A stretch of 64,000 bases of DNA from Antedon mediterranea (lineage: Eukaryota > Animalia > Echinodermata), in assembly GCF_964355755.1 (NCBI RefSeq), contig NC_092680.1, positions 15,261,045 to 15,325,044 of the forward strand. The letters run 5' to 3'. Shown here piece after piece: positions 39,901-52,600 of this stretch (position 1 is its first letter; every line of letters begins with the position of its first letter). The notes beneath the pieces are model-generated. The model saw only the letters and a list, made by a program, of their open reading frames with translations, did not search any database and was not told the origin of the DNA. The position numbers and the translations under genes were made by a program.

Positions 39901-42900
39901 ATTGTTGATAAAGATGAGTAATAACGAGTTTATAAAAATTAATCAATAAAATATTAATCTAATATCTTATTTTATTGACATTAATATTCTGGTCTACTTT
40001 TTTTATCCTCATTACTTTAACGATCGACAATAAATAAATAAATAATGGGTATTTCAAAACTAGAGACCCAAGATCATAGACCTGAGACCTAATACAAAAA
40101 GCGAGACAATAGGAAACAGGAGACCCTGTTTACGGAAATGAATACCCTAAAATACGAAATGGGAAAGCCAAATAGTGTGCAGTAAGTAAAGTACAGTACA
40201 TGATGCAACAGGTTTTTTTTAGGTTTGTTTTGAAGGATGATGACAACATAATGTGATAAGACATCTATACTGAAGAGAAAAAAAGAGACAGACTTTTTGT
40301 AATAAAAGGCGTATAAAATTAGTCTACTTTTTCTTGTTGTACAGTTATTTAATATTTCAGGTTCTTGTATTTCATTTTCTGGTTTTTGGTCTCTAGTTTT
40401 GACACACTCATGTAATCATCTTCAGCATGGCACCTCCATTGAATCCAATCTTGTGAATCGAAAAAATAAAAGTAAATATTCATATTTTAATATGGTGATC
40501 TTTTAAACAATTCTTGATTTTATACCTTAATATACACTACTGTACATCTTGTTAGCAAAGTGTATTATGTTTTTTCCACGCCACTTCTTTAGGCAGTTAT
40601 ATTCTAGAGAATGGAATCATAAGCAAACAATTACCATCAGGTAGCTTAGGTTTACTAGCAGCTGAAAAAATGAGTATTTGGAAACTTGAACTGGGCATTC
40701 TCAAGCCCCAAAACACATCCTGATAAGAGAGTTTGTAAGACCTGTCAATAAAAAATGTTTTCATTTGGCTGTCAATGTAGGCATTTATCATTGAATAATG
40801 GTCATTTTCCTTTTCTACATGGTAAATAGTTTTGGTGAATGGTGTATCCTGGTGTGTATAGATCAAGAATTGCTTGATTATTAATTAATACAATACAGTA
40901 CATTTGTTTGCAGCTGTACTATATCCTACACTGTGTTTACTAGGCCTACTGATAAATCATTAAAAAAATTATTAAATAGAATGTTAAATTTTTTTTTTAA
41001 TTTAATGACGAGTTCAACAATATGTTATGCCAACAAATCGTGCTCCATTTTTCAAGAAATATTTCTTGTTTAAATATTGAATCATATTACTAAACCCAAT
41101 ACCTGCATGTATCTGAATGTGTATATCATGTGTAGTGAGCACAATGGCAATACAATGCTAATGTCTCTTGATTGAGAGCTCTTCTCTTTGCACTTTCTGC
41201 TACTAGATATTTTTAAATACTAAAATTAGTGTCTGTCTTTTAATTTAATTAAGGAACTTTTAACAGCAATCATATTTTGTCAGAACATTAAGCAAAGGCC
41301 TTGAACTGTAACAACATAGACCATTTCAAAAGTGACTTTTAAATTTCCCTATATTCAATTTGAGAGGTTATTTTAAAAAAATGCGGTCACAGAAAAAGCT
41401 GAATTATTACAATTATATTCCATGACAGTGTGTTATGTTCATAAAATATTATCTGTTGAAGTACTGATAAGAAACATTAATAAATCAGTTTTATACAAAT
41501 TAAGTGAATAGTTAGAAATAGATTCGTTATGAGAAAGCAATGTTTTCTCCTAATAATAGTAATATAGAAATCAAATACGGCAAATTAAGTGGAGTACTGA
41601 ATTATTGTTATAAAAATATAATATATGACTATTAAATACAAACATAGTACAGTATGTACTTTATTCATCCAATTGACAAAATATAGTCTTCGATTGCTCA
41701 TGGTCTATGTTGTTAATGGCTTTAAGCCTAACTACCACTACTAGATACAAGTTTATTTTATGTATAATTTTCTTGCACCATTTTTAATACTGGTTGGAGT
41801 CAATTTAATCCGGAAATCGAGAACACTGGTTAAAGAAATTATGGAACATTTATTTTTAACTGAAAAAAAAAATTGACCTTAAACTCAACTTATTATTTTC
41901 TTTACAGAGTCCCCGATTGACATTTGGTGATCAACCAGGTACTGTAGAAGCCCTCAAGAACATGCTCTTTACAATACAATCTGTTGCCGTGGCAAATGAT
42001 TTAACAGAGGATGATGACACGAGAACAGTAGAAGATGAGGATTTCACACCAAGAGTGAGTTAACATATTTTCCTCCTAATATAGTTTAATATTTTACCCA
42101 TTCTCAATTCTAACATGTTACGAATAAAACAGTGTGTTTGTATAATTAATCTGTATACAGAATGACAATTTTGGGAATTTCTTTTTTCTTCAATATTTTT
42201 TCGTCTGCCTATGATATGCAAGATTTTCAACAAAAGAATGTACATAAGAAAATAATGGTACTGGTAGAGTTCATTCTTTTCAAAATAAAAATGATTATTA
42301 TGATATATCTAGGCAGAATTACTACTACTATTTATTTTATCCATTACACAGTAAAATAAAACCTTCAAATTTGTTTTGTGTACATTTTAATGCTCTTTCT
42401 ATACTATCAAACTAGTTTGACAAAAAAGGGTGATGTATCAATTATTTTACCATTTCAAATTCATAAAGGATAGATAACAAATGCTAGTGTAGATGACCTT
42501 AAATTGATGGTAATGATATGATGTCATCGTGTCCATATATGGACATATCACATTTTTTTGGTAACATAACATATATTATTTTTTTGGTGGTTTTGTCTTC
42601 TAAAATTGTCTTGATTAATTGTACATTATTATATTTATTTGTAACTAAATGTTTGTTTCTCATACAGATAGTTTTGCTGTTTGATACAGTACATATTAAA
42701 TTTTATTCAGATTAGATTTTAGCCATAGTGTTCTTATGTAAAGTTCAGCTAAATTCTAATATAAAACATACAGTAGACTAGGTTATCTGTTTGTTTTATT
42801 GATTTAACTTCTAAGTAAAGATGAAAACATGCTTTGGCCACCTGCTGGTAAAATGTGTTCACATCTTGACTGCATGTTCATGGGGGAATTAGCATAGACA

Positions 42901-45900
42901 GGAAGAATGTTGGTAATATTATCAACTTTGTTAAAGAAATTAAAAAAATATTAATTAATACATACAGTACTAAGTATAATATAAAGGCCCTTAACCTTGT
43001 TTAAAAATATTCTGTAAATATTCTGTAAATATTCTCCTTGTTTTAAAATATTCTGTAATAAAAAGTGCCGAGATGCTTTTTAGGCATGTTTATTTTGTTT
43101 GTTTGTGCATGTGTAACTTCTTTGAACTGGAACTATTATTTGAGTATTAACATATCAATGTGTAATTTTTCCAATATGTAACATTTTTCCACACATAGTT
43201 CCTTCTTGATACTAGTACAGATTTGAAAGAACAGTAAGAACAAGGCAATCTAATAACAGGACAGTGAGCTCGTCTTGCCAAGATAAGAACTTGTAATAGT
43301 CCTTTGATCTTATGTCTGGCTGCGACAAATACCAACAGTGCTGTACTAGTACATATTCTCCATGCAGCACAGTATCTGATAAGGGGCATGGAAATGATCA
43401 TGTTGCAGCCACAGATAAACCCTTTAATCTCCGGAGCTCAGCATCCTGTTGTTAGATTGCCTTGGTAAAGAGTATGTTAGTACACACAACTTAATTAAAA
43501 CATATAAATTGTAAAATCTGATAATTCCATCAATGTGAATAAAATTTGTAATGTAATACGTTAATTTTTTTTAAATGTTTGTTAATTACTTTCCATCAAA
43601 CTTTATTTAAATACTTTACTTTTGTGTGAATTTGCTAGAGATTAATAACATCTTTACTTTTCTCTCTCAATTTCTCCATAATAATGTACTGTATTACCAT
43701 GGAGAAATGTCCATAGTGGTTGGTTTTACATTTAAACAATATATTTTTTTTTTAATACATATTTCCTATATTAATAATATTCAGCATTTTGATTGTTGTT
43801 ATACATAAGATGTTTTTCTTATCTTTCTAAATGCTAAAATAAATAAATAAATAAAATAAATGTACTTGTATAATAAATATTTTGGATAGTACATCCATAT
43901 ACAAAACATGCAGAATAAAATATTCACCAGGAAATTAACAATAGCATCTTCCACAAAAATATCCTAAAATATCATTTTCCACTAACGCTGATGCAGGTTG
44001 GATTGGGAAAGTATATTGACTATGGTTTTAATTAAACTATTACAACTGTCATGAAACTGTTCTCAAATCTATGAATGAAGTTCCTCCAATATTCATAATA
44101 AGAGAACGTTATTATATTAGATTATTTAATAATTACTTTGCATGTTTTATTAATATTAGTTTATTATTATATTATAGTAATACTTTTGTTTAGTGGATTT
44201 TATTAATTAATTACTGACATTAATTGACAATTCTCTCAACAGGCTGAATCAGAAGACACTATTGGAACTGAAGAGGAGGGAAGCAAATCATTAAAAAGGT
44301 ACCACAGTAGCCATTTTCATGTTTTACAGGATATTTTGTCCTGTTTCTGCTGCAAACATATAACCGGTTACTAACCGTGTAAAGAAATTAACCTTCATTT
44401 CTTGAGACCAGAAACAGGGCAAATTTTCAATAACCAGTTAAATGGCAGCCTGAAAATAACGGTTAAAAACACACAATCGATTCGGTGTTATAACACCATT
44501 TAACAGGTTATTGCTATGTGTGTGACTTTTATCTTTGATTGATAGCTGGTGACCTTGACTCAACTACACTGCAGTAACATTTTAATTGACCGCCAGTGCC
44601 CATTGCATTTTCGGTACTGCTAACGAATTCCGTAGCAAAATAATAAAACAGTACCGTACGATCGAATAAACAAATTTTTTTGAACTCTAACTTTATTTTA
44701 TAAACTCAAAAACACTCAATCCTCCCCACTCCCGAGATCAACATGCATTATCTCCTTATTTTCAAAATACGGCTGTCATAAACGACCAGTCTTCATAATG
44801 TCATTTTGTCAATAGTTTTTGTGACTCTAATAGTATAGATTGACTTATAAGGTGGGTTACTATTAGAATGGGGTTACTATTAGAGTGTAGGTTACTATTA
44901 GAAGATTTATGGTACGCATTATTTTAACAAAACATAACAAATTGCAGGTCTGGTGTCTTTAATAGCCACTTTGATCAAAAATTTGATTTAAAAAAAGTGC
45001 AATTACCTGAAAAAATATTTAATACTTTAACCCTTTATTTTGTCTTTTTGTTAGTGAAAACATTTTTTGGTTGTTTTTTATTAACTTTATTAAAACAAAA
45101 TAGCCTATAGTATACAAAGTTTGATTTAATTAATCTTTATTTTTCTTTTTTGGGGGACAAAAAACATCTAGTATTAAAATTTCTGTGATAATATCATAAC
45201 AGTAGTGAAATATTAAAAATACAGTTTTAAAAGTATTTTTTTCTCTAGTAGAAACATGTCTTATGATAACACACACCTGGTACACTGTGTTGGCAGCTGA
45301 TCTATTTTGCACCAGTTTTATGCAAAGCAAAACACATATTTAACTGTTCTAAATTGATGTTAAAACTAGGCCACCTTCTTTCATCCTCTATAAAATATAA
45401 TGTCAACACACTTTCTATAACTTGTCCCTATTAGCTTAGATGCTATAAACACCCTACACCTTTTAGCATCATTTAATTTGCACTTTATACAATTTGGTGA
45501 GTTGTATTGTAGAAGTACAACTTAAAAACATGTGTTTTTTAAAATAAAAATTTGGTTATGAGATGTGACATAACATATGATGACAACCTTCAAAATAAAA
45601 TTTAAAGAATATTTTAATAATGAACAGCTTGGAATATCTGTTTAATTAAGTTATTTTTTAATATTGTTTTTTGATGTTATCTTGTCTTATATGTATTTTC
45701 TTGTTTTTCCATTTTTACTGCGTCCAACTTAATGATATATTGTACTAGGCCCAACCACTCACTTGTTCAGTTAATACGGATTAGACCCCATTGGATATAA
45801 GTTTACTTTTTATTCGTCAACTTAATGGGTTATCCTGTATTCTTTTTGTACATTGTATATTTTAACTTTTGTGTATGAATATCGAATAAAATCAATCAAT

Positions 45901-46232
45901 CAATCGACATGGTCTTAAACCAGTTTCAAAGAAAAAAATACCAGTAAAAATACACTTGACTTTGAATTTAAACTTATACATAGACGAACCTTTTAGATCA
46001 TTTAATTTGCACTTTATACACAATTTGATGAGTAGGTCTAGTAGAACAATTTAGTGAACTGATAACCCATACAATAGTATTGTGTATTTACTTTATTATA
46101 TGTTACAATGTATTTACTTTATATGTATGTATATTGATTTTAATTTCTTCTAGAGCAATGGAACATCTATCAAGATTGAAGTATCTGGTACAGTCTGATA
46201 GTGAACACACTCTTCAGCAAGACACAGATTGA
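30941..46232 (+). CDS. C18orf54: Lung adenoma susceptibility protein 2-like (LAS2/C18orf54 family), 7 coding exons, about 822 aa
   Basis: Exons 30941-31310, 31413-32975, 33575-33728, 36202-36301, 41908-42054, 44243-44298 and 46154-46232 (2469 nt, phases consistent). Motifs YPSATDALHAYISDFD, SLSTDVLL, ILDGDRSWE, FLEDCLN, QPGTVEALKNMLF and SLKRAMEHLSRLKYLV match recalled LAS2 conserved blocks. Confidence 0.85.
35378..35904. mobile_element. Degenerate Harbinger-like TIR element
   Basis: agcctgttttctagttgcggcgagttgaatt versus aattcaacgcaactcgctg..caactggggaaaaggtt. Termini resemble those of 23055-23258. Confidence 0.45.
38064..38152 (-). mobile_element. Second copy of the Penelope-like/hammerhead-like fragment
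   Basis: Matches 6733-6820. Minus strand tgaggaagatcaaaacatattgattgaaacgttgag. Confidence 0.5.
40047..40409. mobile_element. MITE-like TIR element
   Basis: tcaaaactagagacc (40054) and ggtctctagttttga (40388) form an inverted pair. Confidence 0.55.
41311..41713. mobile_element. MITE-like TIR element, TA-flanked
   Basis: acaacatagaccat / atggtctatgttgt. Confidence 0.55.
43241..43464. mobile_element. MITE-like element with about 31-bp TIR
   Basis: caaggcaatctaataacaggacagtgagctc / gagctcagcatcctgttgttagattgccttg. Confidence 0.65.
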
Positions 46233-46293
46233 GATAAAATTGCAACTATAACTGCATTAAAATACCTGAAGCCAATGTTCTATAATTGTTTCA

Positions 46294-46428
46294 TGTCTGT
46301 TTACACTATCAAACTAGTTTGACAGAAAAAGTGTGATGTGTCCAAATATGGTAATGATTTGAAGTCATCATGTCCATGAACACATCACACTTTTTTGTCA
46401 CAGAAAGTTTGATAGTGTAGACAGAGCT
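46294..46428. mobile_element. Family B MITE in the LAS2-like 3'UTR
   Basis: tctgtttacactatcaaact / agtttgatagtgtagacagagct, about 60 bp after the stop codon. Confidence 0.8.
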
Positions 46429-47331
46429 TAAGAATTTATCTGAATGTGATTCAAAATGGTGTTCATTCATGACATGCAATCTTTTCACATAAAGCTATGA
46501 AATCACCTGGGTCACTCCATTTGAATTAAAATAATATTTCAGTTCAACTTCGGCTTGGAATTTATAGTGGGCATGTGCCAGGTCATAAACATTGGGGTAG
46601 GGAGTTATTTTTTAAGAAATGGGGACTAATATTATTATATCACATTTTCAACACCATTTTGTATGAAAGATAACATCTTTAAATTACAGTAATATCTGTA
46701 TATAGTGAAACTTTATGTGGATGACACCTACAACCTATACTCAGTTTCCTTTGAAATAAAAGAATATTATTTTAGTGATTGTACATATGTTGCCCAAATA
46801 TAGAAACTAATATTTCTATAGTATTTGATTGGAATTTCATTTAGTACTGTACTATAAAAGATTATTACTCGCCTTTAGTCGATTGCACTTTGGCACACAT
46901 GAGATAGAGGTTAACAATATAGATGTTTGCTGAAGATGCATGCACAGTTACAGTTTGTTTGAATTGGTGAATTAGTATTGTTTATTGTGGTGCTATTTTG
47001 AAACATTGTACTATGCATACTATTATTTATACAGGGCAAACGAATAAATTATCAGATTTATATTTTTATTTGTATAGTGATAGTATTTTTATGATCTTTA
47101 GTTTTTAAGAAAGGTAATGTATAGTGATGAAATTAGAAGTAAAATACAGTGACAGGATCATCGACTTACACTGCAGTAGATATAATAATGTACAGGCATA
47201 TATAATATATATTTAAGGATTGAAATTGCATCACTTACGTTCAGGTTTTATAATGAAGTTCATTTTGAACGAATTTTTAACCCATTCTTTAAAGGCCAGC
47301 GTTTATACTACCGACGATAAATAAATAAATG

Positions 47332-47720
47332 CCGTATTTATTCGAATAAACGCCCCGCTTTGAAAAATCAATAATAAATGCCCCGGAGCCTTTATTTATT
47401 TCCTCGAATAAACGCCCCTCCACATTCATGCATGTACATGAGTACATTATGTATTACAACACATTTCTATTTGTAATAGAATTCATTTATTGATATGACC
47501 TACAATTTACCAAGCATTTTGATACAATCTTTGTTGTATTTTATCACTTCTCGATATTATTTGTGTTGTATTTTTTTTTCAAATCTATAGGGTATTTATA
47601 TGATTTATATGATTATAGGCATGTTACCATATTACATCCAAAAATAAAAATATAATACACGCCTACCTCCAAAAAACACCTTTGAAAAAAAACCTGAACA
47701 ATAAACGGCCCCGGTATACA
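47332..47720. mobile_element. pogo/Tc2-like MITE, degenerate
   Basis: ccgtatttattcgaataaacgcccc with subterminal repeats. Inverted relative of 22643-22946. Confidence 0.55.
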
Positions 47721-49675
47721 TTTGTACTACAGAAAAAAGTGTGTGTCCTAGGATAACCATTCGTACTGTATTCGGTGAAAGTATTACACAAGTTTGATCA
47801 AATTACGTCATGATCAATCGTTTTCTTACTCTTCATGACGTCATTTGATTGGATTTTAGAAAATATTATTTTCACTGAATAATGTTTTTCACCCCTATGT
47901 AGTTCTAAGATTAATTTTTTGTAGAAAAAAAGGTGTATTTGTCCATGGTTTGGGCCTAGATTTATTAATACATTTATATTAAAGAACACATCGCCGAAAT
48001 AGGTGGTCAGACATTTTGATTGAGATTCAAAAGTTGTTATAAATTGCCGCATTAGGCTTATAATTTGTTTTAATTAATGTGAACAAATATGTTGAAAAAA
48101 TCACGAGTGAAAAAAATGTTTTCATAAAGTTTGTAAAATGTAGACACTATTAAAATAGTGCAGGCTACATTGTACAAATATGAACCTACAGATTATTTTA
48201 TTTAAAAACTAAACTAGAAGTTGCTGCGTGTTGGTTCAATTACCACCTTTGTTCTCAATTAGGCCTATTGTTTCATTCACTTGGTAATTATTATTGTATT
48301 CTTGTGATCCGATTCCGTCGTGTTGTATTGTCTTGATTGCAATATTTCCTCCGTGATTGCGTCCAACCACAATCATCAATCTCTCATCTCTCTACTAGCT
48401 AACTCTGTCAACTTGTTTACTTGCCAATCAATACTTGATTTCGCTGATCGCTGAGTGTCACAAAACATACGCGATAAACGTCGCTGATAGTACGTATTTA
48501 TTAATTACAGTATAAAGATATTAAACCATATGTTGTGAAAATGTAAAAACATAAACTTGGAATGTGTGCGAATCGGCCCACTTCATTTCAGTGTATTTTT
48601 TATATTTTCATTTCGTACAATTCAATTCCATACATATTTAACACTAAACCTAATTTTTTTCTCCATCAATTTCCCCCCTTTTTATATATTTTTTTCACTC
48701 ATGCATATTTCACTCGATACATATGTTGTTACACTTTTACATATATGTTCACTCGTCAGTCCTAGGCTACAACCATGCATATACTCCGTACATACTTTTG
48801 ACCAATCCTACATATTATTTAGTTCATTCCATACGTAACCCGTTTTTTTATATTGAGTCATCAAATCCGAATCAATCGATTTTTTTTAATTTGTAAAGTG
48901 TAAATTCAGTATTTAAAGTATATTTCTTCTTCTGTGATTTATTATTCCGACGATTAAAATAGGGCTACTCCGATTTTCTATTTTAAACAAAACAAAATCA
49001 AATCCACTTTAGAAATATTTTTTTTGTATTATATAAGTACCCAGTATGTAGGCCTATGCTGATTATATAAACCTCTCTATTTTGGAAAGTATATGATAAA
49101 TGAGATGATGATGAGTAAATCTTCAGGAATGTTATATTCGAAATAAATGCCTTTTTTATATCGTAAAATACTGGTACCAATTGTACTAAGGACATAACGA
49201 CTTCATTTGCTGGAAGAACAAACACGTTTACACTGCATCTTAATCCCCCACCGAATAAACAGACGCCTAGCACTCTAAACAATTGATTCAAACTATGTGT
49301 ACTTAATTATTTGATTATTCAAACGAAACTCTAACACAAAATATGAACATCCGATGATTATAATTCAAAAGTTACAGTTACTCATTGATATGGACATCCC
49401 TACGGAAAAAGTATGATCGTCCAGTTTTGAAGAACCAAAATGAATATTCAAATCGCGAAACATCGCTTGGCTCGTTTACCGTTTGTATGATGTCGGCCTA
49501 TTAACTGGTGCCATAGTAGAAAAGACCAGAAAAGTCGCATTTTGGCGTTTGGATAAACAGTTAATTAACTAAAATTGTGTTATTTGTAGATTGGGTCTAA
49601 AAGTATTGGTATTTATTATAGGAGTAACATAAATTGGATCGAACGTCGGTAGAAAGCCGGGAAAGGCGATAAATT

Positions 49676-52600
49676 ATGACCGGGCGGTGGATATTTCTGG
49701 GCACCTTGTTTGTGGTGTTATGCATAAAACAGACTTTTGCCGCTCAAGTGAGCATTGGTGAGTACAGATTCATTTGATTAATTATTTTGCTTTATCTTTA
49801 GTTTCAAAAGTAGGCAAGCTATAATTAATGGTTACAGTTTTAGTTATTTGTGAATGAACCATTTATAGCTTTAAGTCAAACCACCATTAGACAATTAACT
49901 TCGATATATTAATACAGAAACTGTATCGAACTAATACTAATGGTTAATATTGAATTGTACAATTAAAATATGTATAGGCCTACAGATGATGTCCAACTTC
50001 GTATGTAAGAATAAACTAGGGTCTAGGTCTGACTTCTATCCCATTGGTGCCATCTTGAGACGGTGCCATCTTGAATGGTTTTTGGAATGTACATTAAGCA
50101 ATGGTTCTACTATTCATTATATGCAAATTAGCAAACCATTATTAGAGAGAGTGTTATGGCGGTATCACAACAGATTGTAAGCCGATATATGACATCTACC
50201 AACTGTGATATTCTAAGATATTTGCCCACAAGCAGTCGTCAGTGGAGATTTTCAAATTCAAATTTCGTCTTCCCGCTGTGTTCTTCGTAAAAGTTGGCGT
50301 ACCCTGAAGCGTGATGCTGAGCTCGCTAACATTAATAACATCTCATATTTTCGACAATGAACTCACATTATTTTATTCCTACACTCAAAATAAGTTGGCA
50401 ACTATTCAGTTCAAGAATTTACAATAAACAACTTATATTTTTGTTTAGTTTAGGTTAATATTTATAATAACGTATTCAATTGTGATGAAATAAAATATTA
50501 TCAAATATGAGCTATTAGGTCTACCAGAGATGTTCCGTGTTAAAATGTAATTATGTGATGTGTAAAAGAAGGAGGTCTATAAATCAAACCAATGCAAACT
50601 GAATGGTCTCAGATATTTAAAGTTCTAATGTAATAGATAAAATTTGTATTCATAATGATGCACCATTATTTCTTCATTGCGACATTTTTTTTTTTGGTTG
50701 CATTTATTTACAGGTATTTATCAAAATTGAAATATTCATATTATTTTCCGTTTTAAATTATCATTTAATATTCTCATACATACTGTACATTCTTTCGATT
50801 TATTTAGACATAGGTTCAAATTGATTATCGCTTTCACTTTAAGTAAGCCTTCGTACCTCTCTCATTGAGTGATTGAGATAAAATTCAGTGTAGAATCTGA
50901 CCTACACACCTGGTAAATATTAGCACACTTTTTAGGATTCCCATCAAGTTACTGATCTACCGGAGATACAAATCTAATACAGTAGTAGAAATTCAAAGAG
51001 TTGACAACTTTTACCAATCTGAGCTGTGAATATTGCTAAAAAAGAATCAAAAGTACCAGTAGCATGTAATGTTAACTTTATTATTTTAAAGATGTATTGT
51101 CCCCCAAAAACATGAAAAATGAAGATTAATTAAATTAGACTTTTAATAGGTTATTTTGTAGCTTTAATCACTTCAGTAGAAAAAAATGGGAAAAACAATG
51201 TAATTTAACAAATATAAGTGGTTAAATCCAACTAAAAATCTATTTTTCTTTAAATTAGGCCTACAGTTTTTCAGATAAATAATTTTGTTTCCGATCCAAT
51301 TTTTGGTAAAAATGGATAACTATTACCGGTATGTGACATTAAATTGGCATATTCAACCAAACATTTTTGAAAAAACATATTTTAAGGGGGACAAAACATC
51401 TTTAACAAATTTATTTAGTAACGAATTTATTTTAGCTGTAGGCCTATGTTTGTTTAAATAAATTCGCATTTATTTGGTAGTATTATTGATTTCGACTCTT
51501 GTGTATAAAAAGTGTTTTTGTATTTTAATTTTAGGAGCTATGTTTGGAGAAGAAACTGGTGACGGAGACCGATACAAAAACATTATTAGAGATGCTATTC
51601 AATCTATCAATCAGAATGTTAGCTATCTCTCGGATTTGCATCTTGCTACAATTAGTGAACTGAAACTGACAACAGAATATACGTATTCTGCCATTCAAGA
51701 TAGTGAGTAATAATAATAACTTTATTGTTTCTCTTTTATAACTAGAGGTACAATTCTCAAGATATGTGCAACAAAATAAAATAAATATGGACTTATCTTA
51801 ATACACAATCAAATAACATTAGACTCCAGTATTAGTTTATCATTTGCTCTTTATAAAGCGCCACATTTAACTCGTCAGACATCGTGCGACATGGCCAATC
51901 ATCATTTACCTGCCATATGGTAACACCATCGGCATCACCATTTCACCGCTAATACAGTATTTTTCCTAAACTAATACTTCTAGTCTGCAATACTATGGTA
52001 CGCGAGAGACGTCTTACTGCAATGATCGTTCCAGAGGATATTTGTAAAACTTGTCGAGATGTTGCTGGTGTTGCAAGTCACGCATCAATGCCTATATTTG
52101 GTCTCGATCAGGGTTCCCTAAACTCCGGCTCTGTGGCGTTTAAGATGTATCCATCCCCAGAAGACGTTGGCCAGTTTCTGATAGAGATTTTGGATTATTT
52201 TAAGTGGCGTGATTTTATCGTCATTTATGATTACGAAGAAAGTAAGTACGATTATTTTGTGACAAATCTAAACGTTGCTGTATTTCAGTATTCTGTCACG
52301 ACAGTGATGGAAGATGGTAATTTTACTTTAAATGCTACTGCTATTAATTAGGAAAAAAAAGTAATTTGTGATATTCAAATTTTGTTGGAAAATTTCTTTG
52401 AAGTATTTCGAAATTTGGAACCAGTTATAAGTGCCGGTAATATGTATGATTGGAACATCACGTCACGTCAACTAACAAACGACAACTTTCCGTTCCTTGC
52501 TGAACAATTACGAGAAGGACGTGTAAAGAACATTCTTCTTTATACACAGGCAGAGTCGACCACATACAACATACTTCAACAGGTAAGGATGCCATTGTTT

